Assembly: GCA_028285305.1 (NCBI GenBank)
Contig: JANQPV010000022.1
Location: 137,322-201,321 of the forward strand
DNA length: 64,000 nt
DNA from: Alphaproteobacteria bacterium
GTDB lineage: Bacteria; Pseudomonadota; Alphaproteobacteria; SMXP01
Direction of reading: 5' to 3'
Shown here: in pieces, positions 34,793 through 45,392 of the stretch
Numbering within the stretch: position 1 is the first letter of the stretch
Layout: each line of letters opens with the position of its first letter
Notes under the pieces: model-generated
What the model saw: only the letters and a program-made list of their open reading frames with translations
Told to the model about the DNA's origin: nothing
The model's database searches: none
Made by a program: the position numbers and the translations under genes

Positions 34793-37327
34793 ATGAATAA
34801 AAAGTTCTCAAAATTGTCGGCGCGCATTCCGCTCATGATTGTTGGTGTGGCGGTTATCTCTGTGATGGGTATTTCTGCTCTGATGTACTCTCAGTTTCAT
34901 GACCTTGTGAAAACAGAAGTCGAAGAGAGGCTGATGGTGGCGGCCGATCTGAAGGCGCATGAACTCAAGAGCTGGCTCGAAGGCATTGAGGCGGATATCG
35001 AAGGTCTGGCTGCAAACCCTTCAACGGTTTCTGCGATTGCCAATTTTGAGGCGGGGTGGAAGGCGCTTCCAGGGCAAGGTAATGCAACCGCGGAGCTTCA
35101 ACGGCTCTACATTTACGACAACCCTCACCCGACCGGTCAAAAGGAGAATTTGGACAGAGCCAGCGATGACTCTTTTTACAGTTCCATGCATGCGAAGTAT
35201 CACCCGGGCTTCCGCACCTTCCTCCGCAGTAAGGGCTATTACGACATCTTTCTCTTCAACGCGAATGGGGACTTGATCTATAGCGTCTATAAGGAATTGG
35301 ATTACGCAACGAATTTGCGTATTGGTCAGTGGGCTGATTCTGGTCTTGGCGAAGCCTTCCGTATGGCTGCTAATAATCCTAGTGGAGATTATATCTTCTT
35401 TAACGATTTTGCGCCTTACGCACCTAGCCACGGTGCACCGGCGAGCTTCATCTCAAAACCTGTTCTCGGCGCGGATGGTACTTTGCAGGGCGTTCTGGCG
35501 TTTCAAATGCCGATTGATCGTTTGAACATGCTGATGAAAGATCGCACGGGGATGGGAGAAACAGGTGAAACGTATCTGGTGGGTCAAGATCAGCTCATGC
35601 GTTCGGATTCTCCTCATTCGGAAGAATCAACGCTCTTGAAGCAGAAAGTTGAAACGGAGCATGTTGCTCGGGCGCTAAATGGGGAAACCGGCTACGATAT
35701 CGCCGCCAACTATAACGGAGTGCAGTCAGTTGTTGCTTACGAACCGGTTGAGTATAGAGGCGTGGTTTGGGCGATGGTCGCTGAGCAAAGTGTCAATGAA
35801 GCGTTCGCCCGTGAGGGGGAGATCATTCGCCAAATTGTCCTCATTGTCCTCCTTGGGATGGGGGTCATTGCGGGGATCGGCGTCTTTGTGGGCCGGAGCC
35901 TGTCCAAACCGATTACTGCGATTGTCGGTGTTATGACGCGAGTTGCGAAGGATGAGTTTGACGTACAAATTCCTTCTACGAACCGGAGCGATGAGATAGG
36001 TGATATCGCTCGCTCACTGGAAGTCTTCCGAGATGCAGGTCTCGAGCGGATCGAGATGGAGAAGCGGAACGAGGAAAATGTTCGCCGGGTCCAAGAGGAA
36101 GCCGAGCAGCGTATGACCGACGAGATCGGCCGCGTTGTTGAACAGGTGGCTGAAGGGGATCTTGCCGCGCGTGTCGATGTGGACGGCCGTGAAGGCGTGA
36201 TTATTGAGATTGGCAATCAACTCAATTCCGTTCTGGAAGTGATCGAATCCGTAAACGGTGAGCTCAAGGCCTCTATGCAGGCCATCGCCCATGGCGATCT
36301 GACCAGGAGGATTGAGGCCGACTATCGCGGCGAATTCAACGATATCAAAGTGTCCGTGAATACCGCGTGTGCTGAGCTCGAAAAAATGGTTACTCAAACG
36401 ACGCAAAGTGTGACTGCGGTCACAAATTCGGTCAAAGAAATCTCTTCGGGGACCGATGATCTCTCGACACGGACGGAACGCCAAGCATCCAACTTGGAAG
36501 AAACAGCGGCTGCAATTGAAGAGCTGTCTACGACGGTTCGGCAAAATGCGGACAATGCCGTGTCGGCAAACTCATTGACGGGGGACGCTAAGACTGCCGC
36601 AGAGAATGGGTCGTCGATTGTGGGTAACACGGTGGCAGCGATGTCCCAGATCGAAGAAATGTCTTCGCGCATCGTGAATATTGTGGGCGTGATTGATGAG
36701 CTTTCCCACCAAACCAATCTCTTGGCGCTCAACGCTGCTGTCGAAGCGGCACGCGCTGGAGAGGCTGGCAAGGGCTTTGAGGTCGTGGCGTCCGAAGTTC
36801 GATCACTTGCGCAACGTTCCAGTCAATCTTCGAAGGAAATACGTGAGCTGATTTTAAGCAGTGACGAGCAAGTCAAAAAGGGCGTGTCTTTGGTTGGTGA
36901 AGCAGGCTCAAGCCTTGAGGAGATCGTCAGCCAAGTCGACAAAGTTGCAACGATCGTTTCGGAAATTGCCTCGGCTTGTCAAGAACAGGCAACGGGGCTC
37001 GACGAGGTAAACTCTGCGGTTACGAGCCTTGATGAGATCACGCAACAAAACGCGGCTTTGGTTGAAGAAACAACTGCTTCCGTTGGAGCTCTGTCCAACG
37101 AGGCAGACCGGCAATCTCAGATCATTTCGTTCTTTCGAACCTCCGATGGTGGTGGTGACTCGTTTTCAGGCCTCTCCGTGGAAGCTGTCAGTCAGCATGC
37201 GAATGTAAGGCTTGATGGGCCGGTTCAGCAGGCTCCGGCTGCTGCTTCGAGTCCGCGAGCGGTTCCGGAAGCGCAGGGAAATCTGGCTGTCGCATTTGAC
37301 GACGATCCTGACTGGGATGAATTCTAG
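34793..37327 (+). CDS. methyl-accepting chemotaxis protein with periplasmic Cache-type sensor, HAMP domains and a C-terminal DWDEF pentapeptide
   Basis: [11 protein letters not shown] at 34793. TM1, a ~300-aa periplasmic Cache-like domain, TM2, HAMP repeats and the MCP signalling domain ([20 protein letters not shown]). Ends in DPDWDEF. Confidence 0.85.
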   Translation: MNKKFSKLSARIPLMIVGVAVISVMGISALMYSQFHDLVKTEVEERLMVAADLKAHELKSWLEGIEADIEGLAANPSTVSAIANFEAGWKALPGQGNATAELQRLYIYDNPHPTGQKENLDRASDDSFYSSMHAKYHPGFRTFLRSKGYYDIFLFNANGDLIYSVYKELDYATNLRIGQWADSGLGEAFRMAANNPSGDYIFFNDFAPYAPSHGAPASFISKPVLGADGTLQGVLAFQMPIDRLNMLMKDRTGMGETGETYLVGQDQLMRSDSPHSEESTLLKQKVETEHVARALNGETGYDIAANYNGVQSVVAYEPVEYRGVVWAMVAEQSVNEAFAREGEIIRQIVLIVLLGMGVIAGIGVFVGRSLSKPITAIVGVMTRVAKDEFDVQIPSTNRSDEIGDIARSLEVFRDAGLERIEMEKRNEENVRRVQEEAEQRMTDEIGRVVEQVAEGDLAARVDVDGREGVIIEIGNQLNSVLEVIESVNGELKASMQAIAHGDLTRRIEADYRGEFNDIKVSVNTACAELEKMVTQTTQSVTAVTNSVKEISSGTDDLSTRTERQASNLEETAAAIEELSTTVRQNADNAVSANSLTGDAKTAAENGSSIVGNTVAAMSQIEEMSSRIVNIVGVIDELSHQTNLLALNAAVEAARAGEAGKGFEVVASEVRSLAQRSSQSSKEIRELILSSDEQVKKGVSLVGEAGSSLEEIVSQVDKVATIVSEIASACQEQATGLDEVNSAVTSLDEITQQNAALVEETTASVGALSNEADRQSQIISFFRTSDGGGDSFSGLSVEAVSQHANVRLDGPVQQAPAAASSPRAVPEAQGNLAVAFDDDPDWDEF

Positions 37328-37357
37328 GTTCTCCTTGCAACAAGGAAACAAGGTGGC

Positions 37358-38923
37358 TTACGATTCGTCCGTCAGCCACTTTTCTTTGAGCTTGTCAAGA
37401 TAGTCTTTGGCCTCCTGAGACGTCAGTATCTCATTGAGCCGGCCCAACAATTGTTCGTCGCGTACAGCAATCCCGTAGGACTCGCTGGAGAAACCATACT
37501 CCTCTCTGTACAATCCTTTTAGATATTGATCCAGAGGCGGACCGTACTGGAATACGGTATTACCCAATTCGCCACTCAATGTACTGTTGTCCGAAATATT
37601 GAACTCCACGATCCCTTCCCGCAGCGCGCGTCTGGATCCCCCGGATTCTTCGAATTCGACGACGGAAAAGCCAAACTGTTTTTCCAAGTAGCGCGCCGCT
37701 TTGGCGTTTGTCGAATTGGGAGAAACACCAACGACCGCGCCGGACAAGGCTTGGGGGAAGGGACGATTAATGGTGCCGGAGGAGATGAAGATCTGATTCA
37801 CGTTTAAATAGGGCTCGGTGAAGTAAACGCCTGGGTTTTGTTCTTCACGTTTTTTTGTCCGGGTCATCGAAGAAATCACCATATCGAGCCGGTACTCCCT
37901 GAGCTCGGGCAGCAAATCTCGGAAGCGGATTTCATTGTGTTCGATCGAAAGCGGTGTGCCCAGCTCTTCGGATAATTGTGCGATGATCCATTGCTTGAAG
38001 TCCTGATCGAACCCTTCGAAGCCACCCTCGGATCGACGTTTATTAAATACGCCTCCAAAGGACCCGCTGAAGCCAATGCGAACAACGCCCGTACTCTGTA
38101 TGCGGTCAAAGATAGAGGGGTAGAGAACGAAATAGCCATAGTGGCTCCATGGGCCGAGGGCAGCTTGTTTTCCATCGACCAATTGTCCCGGTCTGATCCG
38201 CCATAAGAACTCTGTGGAAGAGTTCAGTTTGGCAGTGAGCCGGTTCACAGGGATGTGCAGAGGCTCGTCAATCCGTTTGAGAAAATCGAAGACGAGGGGT
38301 GGCATGGACTGATCGGAAATGTTTCTGATCTCCAGAATGTATCGACGTTCGAAGATCTCCTCGGGCTCTCGCCAGTCAAATTTCAGTGCCGATTTCATTG
38401 ACCCGACTTCTGTTGCTCCGGGTTGAGGAGTCAACAGAGAAACTCGCTTCGTCTCGATAACAAGCTCCTCAAAATTCTGTCGCGCTTCGCCGAGTTCAGC
38501 TTCCGTCTGGCTGAGTTCGTCGTTTCGTATTTCGAGCTGATCGCGCAGCGCATCAAGTTGAGACTCAAACTGCGATTGGGTGAGTTCAAATGTTCCGGCT
38601 GCCGCTCCGCCCACGAGCCCTGCAACGGCGCCCCAATTGATCAATATCGCACCCAAATTGCGCTCGTCCCGGGTTCCGGATTCGATGCTTCCGTCGGTCG
38701 AGGACGACAGTTTTCTTCGACTGTGGCCAACGGCGATGCGGCTGCCGATCAGCGCGCCGATGACGCCTGCAACAAGAACGAACAAGAGCAGCGGAATATC
38801 GCCGATTGTCCCGGCATAGCCAGGCCGGTTGCTAAAGAGAAAATACGCTCCAGCGGCAAACCCAAGTGCAACTAAGGTTGCAAGCGCGAACTCCAAACGT
38901 GCGTGCGATCGTAACTGAGACAT
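37358..38923 (-). CDS. membrane-anchored protein with coiled coil and C-terminal SBP_bac_3-like solute-binding domain
   Basis: ATG MSQLRS at 38923 has an AAGGTGG SD. The track's GTG start is at 38932. N-terminal TM helices, a coiled-coil segment, then a ~230-aa C-terminal periplasmic-binding-protein type 3 fold. Confidence 0.5.
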   Translation of the reverse strand: MSQLRSHARLEFALATLVALGFAAGAYFLFSNRPGYAGTIGDIPLLLFVLVAGVIGALIGSRIAVGHSRRKLSSSTDGSIESGTRDERNLGAILINWGAVAGLVGGAAAGTFELTQSQFESQLDALRDQLEIRNDELSQTEAELGEARQNFEELVIETKRVSLLTPQPGATEVGSMKSALKFDWREPEEIFERRYILEIRNISDQSMPPLVFDFLKRIDEPLHIPVNRLTAKLNSSTEFLWRIRPGQLVDGKQAALGPWSHYGYFVLYPSIFDRIQSTGVVRIGFSGSFGGVFNKRRSEGGFEGFDQDFKQWIIAQLSEELGTPLSIEHNEIRFRDLLPELREYRLDMVISSMTRTKKREEQNPGVYFTEPYLNVNQIFISSGTINRPFPQALSGAVVGVSPNSTNAKAARYLEKQFGFSVVEFEESGGSRRALREGIVEFNISDNSTLSGELGNTVFQYGPPLDQYLKGLYREEYGFSSESYGIAVRDEQLLGRLNEILTSQEAKDYLDKLKEKWLTDES

Positions 38924-39025
38924 TATCCCCACCTTCCATTACGCGCCATTTCAAGGTGTTGGAATTCGCCAGTCAACCTGTTTTTGGCGCTGGCTGGGCC
39001 AAAGAGGGCAGCATTAACGCATTCC

Positions 39026-39064
39026 TCATCCCCTTGAAACATAACGCCAACGGTACCACATCTC
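39026..39064 (+). promoter_or_regulatory. sigma-32 (RpoH)-type heat-shock promoter upstream of hsp20
   Basis: TCATCCCCTTGAAA at 39026-39039, a 16-nt spacer, then CCACATCT at 39056-39063. This matches the CCCTTGAA-N13-17-CCCCATNT consensus. A ~95-nt 5' UTR follows. Confidence 0.35.
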
Positions 39065-39160
39065 AGGTGGTTAAGTGGCTCCCATTAGAAGCCGAACCGC
39101 GGTCTGTGGCCTAAGATTTGGGATAGACCGCTCATTTTGTCGCTTATGAAAGGACAAAGA

Positions 39161-39652
39161 ATGTCACGTGTTTCCTATTTCGATAGCCCCTTGCTCCTGG
39201 GGTTCGACCAAGTCGAGCGGATTCTTGACCGGGTAACGCGGTCGGCAAATGATGGGTATCCCCCCTATAATATCGAGCGTGTGGATGATCGGACATTGCG
39301 CATTACACTCGCTGTTGCGGGATTCGACGATAGCGCTCTGTCGGTGAGTGTGGAGGAAAGCCAGCTCGTAATTCGCGGGCGTAAACCTGAAGAAGAGGAA
39401 GAGCGTGAGTACCTGCACCGAGGAATTGCGACGCGACAGTTTCAACGTTCGTTCGTTCTCGCCGATGGTATCGAAGTCTCAAGCGCCCACCTCGACAAGG
39501 GGTTGCTCAGCATTGAGTTGCAGCGTCCGGTCCCTGAGACGATCGTCAGAAAGATTGATATTTCTACTGGAGATCAGAGTTCTTCAGCACAGAGAAAGGT
39601 CGGACGGTCCAAAGCGTCCTCTAAAACTGTTGTCGAAGTTGTAGATAGCTAA
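39161..39652 (+). CDS. Hsp20/alpha-crystallin family small heat-shock protein
   Basis: ATG 39161 follows AAAGGACAAAGA. Alpha-crystallin domain and an IbpA-like N-terminus (FDSPLLLGFD). Confidence 0.8.
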   Translation: MSRVSYFDSPLLLGFDQVERILDRVTRSANDGYPPYNIERVDDRTLRITLAVAGFDDSALSVSVEESQLVIRGRKPEEEEEREYLHRGIATRQFQRSFVLADGIEVSSAHLDKGLLSIELQRPVPETIVRKIDISTGDQSSSAQRKVGRSKASSKTVVEVVDS

Positions 39653-39740
39653 TCTTGCGCATTGCTTAATGTTTCCGCATACAGACCGCCTCTCGGTGTC
39701 ATCGCTGAGCCGGGAACGTGGTGCAAAGAAAGGTAAACTG

Positions 39741-40025
39741 ATGAACATTGAAAAAGACAGTCAAACGATATCGGCCGAAGACTTCGCGGCATTGGGGTCA
39801 AACAGCCTTGTTTATGTCCGTGAAGTCGATGTAGACCAAATCCAGCAGGAAATGCTGGAGATCGCTCCCGAACAATCTTTGGGCGAACAATTACAGCTTG
39901 CGGACGAGCAGAGATTCTTTGCTATCCATTTGGCGGATGGCACCCGGGTAGCGGTGCTGACTTCGCGCGATGCTGCCTTTACTGCCGCACGGCAGCATAA
40001 TATGAGCCCCGTGAGCGTCCACTGA
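39741..40025 (+). CDS. DUF1150 family protein (common partner of Hsp20 in Alphaproteobacteria)
   Basis: ATG MNIEKD at 39741. About 95 aa. Synteny with hsp20. Confidence 0.55.
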   Translation: MNIEKDSQTISAEDFAALGSNSLVYVREVDVDQIQQEMLEIAPEQSLGEQLQLADEQRFFAIHLADGTRVAVLTSRDAAFTAARQHNMSPVSVH

Positions 40026-40306
40026 TCCCCTTAGTGCTGTCTTGGCGTTGGATGGACACGATCTCGGCGCCACCTTCTTTGGGTTGGTGGTCTGTCCCTG
40101 GGCGATGATGAGGCGTCTTCGCGCCGAACGCTTCTGTGCGCTTCGTCGATCGACCTCCGATTGGTTTGCCGCCGATTTTAGAGCTGGAAACGCGCTTGCA
40201 ATTTCACGCGGCTTTGCAGGCTGATGTCTTCTGGATGGGAGTTTCCTGCACCATCCGCTCTCCAGGCCTTTGAGGGAGTAGTTCTACCCGAGTTCATGAT
40301 GCGCGA

Positions 40307-40798
40307 TCAGGCGCCGGAGGCTTTGCGCATCTTTGCGGGAGAGGGGAATCCAAACGCGGATCTGACCGCGGCCACAAGTTCGTCTTTTGATCCTGCTTGG
40401 CGCAAGTAAGATCTGGTGACCGGATCCCTCAAGATTCGCGATACTTTTGCCAGCGCTTTGAGATGATCAGTGCCATTACATTCTGGCGCCAAAAGTAGAA
40501 ATATCAGATCAACAGCCTCACCGTCCACCGCATCGAAGTCGACCGGTTTTTGCAACCGTGCCAAAAAGCCAATCGGTTGCTCGACTTCCTTTAGGCGTGC
40601 ATGGGGGATTGCCACACCATGGCCCATACCGGTGGTGCCAAGACGCTCCCGTTCCAAAAGGACTTGCAAGATGTCACGTTCTTTTAGACCGGCGAAAGAC
40701 GCGGCTGCTTGTGCCAAACTCTGCAGAGCTTGCTTTTTGCTTGAGCATCTCAGCTGGTCTATTATCTGTTCCTCTTGGATCAGTGTCGTTGAAGTCAT
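40307..40798 (-). CDS. ptsN: PTS IIA-like nitrogen regulatory protein PtsN (EIIA-Ntr)
   Basis: PTS_EIIA_2 domain with active-site His (GHGVAIPHAR). Synteny rpoN-hpf-ptsN. Confidence 0.75.
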   Translation of the reverse strand: MTSTTLIQEEQIIDQLRCSSKKQALQSLAQAAASFAGLKERDILQVLLERERLGTTGMGHGVAIPHARLKEVEQPIGFLARLQKPVDFDAVDGEAVDLIFLLLAPECNGTDHLKALAKVSRILRDPVTRSYLRQAGSKDELVAAVRSAFGFPSPAKMRKASGA

Positions 40799-40876
40799 CT
40801 GCTACCCACCGCTTTGCTCCATTACCCAAGTCATTTATTGTAGATTGAAGCCTGCGGCCTCATTTGTTGATGTTTT

Positions 40877-41482
40877 TCAATTCTTTACTCTGGAGAGATC
40901 GAGCCAGCCGATATTGCCGTCCGACCTCTGGTAAACAATGTTGATCGCGCCGTTTGACGTATTTCTGAATATGCGGACCGGTTCGTTGGTCAAATCCATT
41001 GTCATTGCTGCGTCGCCGACTGAGGCTTCGCTGATTTCAAGCTCTGTTTCCGCGATGATCAGCGTTTCTTCATCCTGATTGGTCGACGTTTCCGGCCCCG
41101 GCTCGGCTGATTGGGAGACAACATAGCCGGGAAATGGTTGATCGTCTGCTTTTGACCCTTTTGCGTGATGGTGCTTTAGGCGGCGTTTGTATCGCCTCAG
41201 CTGTTTTTCTAAGCGGGCCATGGCGGCGTTGAACGAAGAGTAAATATCAATGGCCTCGCTGGAGCTTTGCAGCGTGGCTCCAGTGTCCAAATGCACCATA
41301 CAATCACAGCGGTAGCCATGACCTTCATGACTGAAGGTTACGTCGACGGTTCCCGGCCTGGGCGAATATTTGTCTAATGCGGCTTGAAGATGCGCTTCGA
41401 CGTGTTCCGGCAACGCATCGCCGGTATCGATGTTTCTGCCCACCACGTTGATTTCAAACGAATTGTGATTCACTTCAGCCAT
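40877..41482 (-). CDS. hpf: ribosome hibernation-promoting factor (long HPF)
   Basis: N-terminal YfiA/HPF domain plus a C-terminal extension. Directly downstream of rpoN. Confidence 0.85.
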   Translation of the reverse strand: MAEVNHNSFEINVVGRNIDTGDALPEHVEAHLQAALDKYSPRPGTVDVTFSHEGHGYRCDCMVHLDTGATLQSSSEAIDIYSSFNAAMARLEKQLRRYKRRLKHHHAKGSKADDQPFPGYVVSQSAEPGPETSTNQDEETLIIAETELEISEASVGDAAMTMDLTNEPVRIFRNTSNGAINIVYQRSDGNIGWLDLSRVKN

Positions 41483-41702
41483 AATCCTGCAATGGGATCG
41501 CGTCCTTGAATCCTGTCGGTTCGAGCTATTTTTTATGCGGTCGTCACCTGCTTCGACGTGTGATTTCTAACCGCTTTGGTAAGTCGACGAGACCCTATGT
41601 TTGCGTGGTTATCCTGTCAATAAAGCGTGGTCAAAAATTGGCTTAATCTTGCCCTCACGCGCCGAAATTCACAATATCGGGCGCTGTGTTCCGTCATCGC
41701 GC

Positions 41703-43253
41703 TCACACTGCCTGTTTCTTCATCCGGCGGCGCTGAATGGAAGAGGGGATCCGCAGGGCTTCGCGATACTTGGCCACGGTGCGCCTGGCGATTTCGATAC
41801 CTGACTCGTTCAGGATCTCCACAATCCGATCGTCGGACAGCACACTGTTCGGCTCTTCCTTGTCGATCAGCTCTTTGATCCGATGGCGGACGGCCTCCGC
41901 GGAATGAGCAGAGCCACCGTTGGACGACGAAATTGCGGACGTGAAAAAGTACTTTAGTTCGAAAAGTCCGCGCGGCGTTGCGATGTATTTGTTAGACGTG
42001 ACCCGGCTAATTGTCGATTCATGCATCGAGATCGCTTCGGCCACAGTCTTGAGGTTTAGGGGCCGCAGACAGTGGATTCCATGGACCAGGAATGCATCCT
42101 GCTGTCGTACGATTTCGGTAGCCACCTTCAAGATTGTTTTGGCTCGCTGGTCCAGGCTCTTTACCAGCCAAGAGGCGTTGTTGTAGCATTCAGAAAGATA
42201 GCCCTTGTCGTCAGCACTTTTTGCGACTTTGCTTATTTCCGCATAGTAACTTTGATTCAATAAGACTTTTGGCAAGGTCTCATTGTTCAGTTCAATCTTC
42301 CATGTGCCATCCGACTTTTGTCGGACATACACATCGGGAACAATCGCTTCTATTACTTCGTGAGCAAATGATAATCCAGGCTTCGGATCAAGTTGCCGAA
42401 TCTCATCCTGCATTTCCGCGAGGTCCTCTTGGTCAACCCCGCATATGGATCCCAGCTCGGTCAGTTTGCGTTCGGCCAGGAGCGGTAAGTTTTCTAACAG
42501 CGTTTGCATGGCCGGATCGAGCCGGTCTTTTTCTTTCAGTTGCAGCGCCAGGCACTCCGATAGATCTCGGGCGAAGACACCCGCTGGATCAAGACTCTGC
42601 ATGAACTTGAGATTATTTTCGATGGTTTCAGCTGTTGTACCAAGCCGGACCGCGATGGAGTCCACATCTTCTTTTAGGTAACCAGCCTCATCGATGGATT
42701 CGATCAAATACGCTCCAATGGCCCTTTCGATGTCATCCATGTTTGCAATCGAAAGCTGTTCCCTCAAATGGTCCCTCAGAGTTTTTTCTTTTGTCAGGGT
42801 TGCTTCGAGATCGTATCCATCTTCGCCGTAGGATGCTTGTCCTGAGCCTACGTTCTGCCAAGACGAAGCTTCAGGTCCTTGTTCAGGTTGATTGTTCTGA
42901 GCGTCCGCGCGCGTGTCTTCGGTGTAGACGGATTCATAATCGGCATCGAGCGAGTCTTGAGCCGTCTGCGATTCGCTTTGACCGCTGAGCGTTTTGTCCG
43001 TAGTTAAATCTTCCCCAAGGGATTCGGTTCGCTCGGTTCCATCCTGCTCTCGACCCGCTGAGGTCTGAGGGGCTGTGTTGTCATTTGATATGCTCTCTTC
43101 CAAATCCAGGAGAGGATTTCGTTCGACCTGATCTTCGACGTAGGATGAGAGTTCAAGGTTGGATAGTTGCAACAGCTTGATCGCTTGCTGCAACTGAGGC
43201 GTCATGACAAGGGACTGACTTTGCCGTATCTCCAGTTTCGGGGTTAATGCCAT
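41703..43253 (-). CDS. rpoN: RNA polymerase sigma-54 factor RpoN
   Basis: 516 aa. Glutamine/acidic region I, a core-binding region, and a C-terminal HTH with RpoN box (ARRTVAKYREAL). Confidence 0.9.
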   Translation of the reverse strand: MALTPKLEIRQSQSLVMTPQLQQAIKLLQLSNLELSSYVEDQVERNPLLDLEESISNDNTAPQTSAGREQDGTERTESLGEDLTTDKTLSGQSESQTAQDSLDADYESVYTEDTRADAQNNQPEQGPEASSWQNVGSGQASYGEDGYDLEATLTKEKTLRDHLREQLSIANMDDIERAIGAYLIESIDEAGYLKEDVDSIAVRLGTTAETIENNLKFMQSLDPAGVFARDLSECLALQLKEKDRLDPAMQTLLENLPLLAERKLTELGSICGVDQEDLAEMQDEIRQLDPKPGLSFAHEVIEAIVPDVYVRQKSDGTWKIELNNETLPKVLLNQSYYAEISKVAKSADDKGYLSECYNNASWLVKSLDQRAKTILKVATEIVRQQDAFLVHGIHCLRPLNLKTVAEAISMHESTISRVTSNKYIATPRGLFELKYFFTSAISSSNGGSAHSAEAVRHRIKELIDKEEPNSVLSDDRIVEILNESGIEIARRTVAKYREALRIPSSIQRRRMKKQAV

Positions 43254-43279
43254 GTGCGCCTTACATACTCATACTGAAT

Positions 43280-44038
43280 TTAGAGACTGAATCGCTCCCC
43301 CAAATACACGCGCCGCACATCCTCGTTGCCAACTATTTCCGACGGTGTTCCTTCCATGAGAACTTCACCGTCGTATATTATGTATGCCCGATCAATCAGG
43401 TCTAGTGTTTCACGGACATTATGGTCAGTAACCAGAACACCTAATCCCAAGGACTTTAAGTGACCAATCAGCTCCCTGATTTCTCCAACGGCAATCGGAT
43501 CGATGCCAGCCAGAGGTTCGTCCAACAACATGTAGCTTGGACGGCTCGCCAGGGCGCGCGCGATCTCAACCCGTCTGCGTTCACCGCCCGAAAGCGCAGG
43601 GGCCGGGGTGCGGCGCAGATGGCTTATCGAAAATTCCGCAAGCAAACTGTCTACAAATGCTTGTCTGCGTTCGGGAACCGGCTCGACGAGTTCTACGACA
43701 GCCCTTACGTTTTCTTCAACAGACATGCCGCGAAAGATGGATTGTTCTTGAGGAAGGTAGCCGATGCCCAAGCGCGAGCGACGGTACATCGGCAGTCCGG
43801 TCACGTCTTGACCGTCCACTTCGATTGTTCCGTAGTCAGCTGGAATCAAGCCCGTAATCATATAGAAGCAGGTCGTTTTGCCTGCTCCGTTTGGGCCCAA
43901 TAGACCGACAACCTCTCCCCGACTCACACTCAAACTCACACCTCTTACAACAGGGCGGTTTTTAAAACTCTTACCCAGCCTATTGGCCTTGAGACCCGTA
44001 TCGGCTTCAACGACGCGCAATTCCGGTTCCGCTTTCAT
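43280..44038 (-). CDS. lptB: LPS export ABC transporter ATP-binding protein LptB
   Basis: Walker A GPNGAGKTT, signature LSGGERRR and Walker B. Sits between lptA and rpoN. Confidence 0.85.
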   Translation of the reverse strand: MKAEPELRVVEADTGLKANRLGKSFKNRPVVRGVSLSVSRGEVVGLLGPNGAGKTTCFYMITGLIPADYGTIEVDGQDVTGLPMYRRSRLGIGYLPQEQSIFRGMSVEENVRAVVELVEPVPERRQAFVDSLLAEFSISHLRRTPAPALSGGERRRVEIARALASRPSYMLLDEPLAGIDPIAVGEIRELIGHLKSLGLGVLVTDHNVRETLDLIDRAYIIYDGEVLMEGTPSEIVGNEDVRRVYLGERFSL

Positions 44039-44090
44039 AAAACACTACCCCTGTTAATTTTGCTTGAATCGCCGAATTTCGGCGTTTCCC

Positions 44091-44648
44091 CTACTCGCTG
44101 GATTCGTTTTCCGATGGAAGGAAACGCCCCGAAACGCGTCCTCCAGACTGTTTTCCGCTCTTGAGAATACTGCGTCCACTCTCCAGATCCATGTCCAGGC
44201 GCGTACCGCGCAGAACGTTGTCGCCGTGTGTCAAAACGACATTGTTCTTCATCACAATCGTTCGGTCTGTGACATCGTACTTTGCCCAATCCCCCTCGGC
44301 CGTCTCTTTGGGCGAAATCAGAACCACATCACCGATCGCGTGCATGTGGGTTATGGAATCGGAGGGGGCACCGCCGGCGCTGTCAGACTGTGTGTAATAC
44401 ACTTCAAGCCGCTCAGTTTTGAGCTGGATTTCTCCCTGCACGGCATCAACGTTCCCCTCGAAAATCGCAGTCTGCGCTTCTTGGTCAACCGTCAATCGGT
44501 CCGAAGCTATGTCGACGGCCTGATCGGTATTGTGACTGCCGTCCATGAAGACGTTACTGGTCTGCTCCTGGCTCCAAGTTGGGCCGGACCAAGCCACCAA
44601 AAGGAGCGCTAATGTAAGATTAATTCGCTTCAGCGTGCTTTTGGTCAT
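44091..44648 (-). CDS. lptA: LPS transport periplasmic protein LptA
   Basis: Signal peptide plus an OstA-like beta-jellyroll. Synteny. Confidence 0.7.
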   Translation of the reverse strand: MTKSTLKRINLTLALLLVAWSGPTWSQEQTSNVFMDGSHNTDQAVDIASDRLTVDQEAQTAIFEGNVDAVQGEIQLKTERLEVYYTQSDSAGGAPSDSITHMHAIGDVVLISPKETAEGDWAKYDVTDRTIVMKNNVVLTHGDNVLRGTRLDMDLESGRSILKSGKQSGGRVSGRFLPSENESSE

Positions 44649-45390
44649 TGAAAGACACCCTTGGTGTTTCAGGGGATGGGTAAACGACGGTTCTCACTTT
44701 GCCGTGGAACTTTATGCGTTTTGCGTCGTCCATGACCCGGAAGCTGTTGGATTCGACGTCTGCCCAACTGAGTTCTACATGGGTTCGAACTGTTCCGTAC
44801 GCTTCGTTCGATTCCAGATCGACAATTGCCTGCTCTGTCTTTACCTTGAAATCGTCTGCTTGGGTGACAATGACATTGCCGTTGAGCAGAAGCTTTTCTA
44901 GTTTTTTGTTATATGTTCCGCGATCAGATGTAAGGATCACAGTCTTATCCTGACCGGGCTGCGTGACTTCAGTCTTGTCTGAATTGGGGTAGAGTTTCCC
45001 AACGATCTCATCCAAATCCAAAATGTCAGCATTCTCACTTTGACGTACAGCGGTCGTCGCGGTTACTTCGAACGGTCTTCCTTGGCGGTCACGGCTTGTC
45101 AGTTTCGGCTCCAGCATATGGATGTCACTTTCCAGGTAAGGAAAGGTCGGTGTGTTGTTGGCCCAGTCTTTTGCCGCCTGATTATAAGTCTGCAGAGTTA
45201 CGAACACGGCAACAAGTGTAATGGCTGCCAATGCTGGCAATATGACCTTCATCATACTGACAAAATGGCTGTAGGGCTGTGCATCGGCCGAAGTTCTGTG
45301 GGATACGAGATGATCGCGCATCGACGACTGATCGGCCAACAAGGCGCGTTGCAGTTTGAGTTCTTTGGGAAGTTCGTGAGCGTCCGACAT
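44620..45390 (-). CDS. lptC: LPS export protein LptC
   Basis: Single N-terminal TM (VILPALAAITLVAVFV) plus a periplasmic domain. ATG MSDAHE at 45390 sits 2 nt after the kdsD stop. Confidence 0.55.
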   Translation of the reverse strand: MSDAHELPKELKLQRALLADQSSMRDHLVSHRTSADAQPYSHFVSMMKVILPALAAITLVAVFVTLQTYNQAAKDWANNTPTFPYLESDIHMLEPKLTSRDRQGRPFEVTATTAVRQSENADILDLDEIVGKLYPNSDKTEVTQPGQDKTVILTSDRGTYNKKLEKLLLNGNVIVTQADDFKVKTEQAIVDLESNEAYGTVRTHVELSWADVESNSFRVMDDAKRIKFHGKVRTVVYPSPETPRVSFNDQKHAEAN

Positions 45391-45392
45391 CG

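Noticed and set aside
35021-36771. Multiple minus-strand ORFs inside the MCP gene
   Set aside because: Antisense artefacts of the highly repetitive Ala/Glu-rich MCP coding sequence.
40042-40409. Two adjacent 60-aa plus-strand ORFs in the gap between DUF1150 and ptsN (possible TA pair?)
   Set aside because: No SD sequences and Arg/Ala-rich translations. The second overlaps the ptsN 3' end. A convergent terminator region is more likely.
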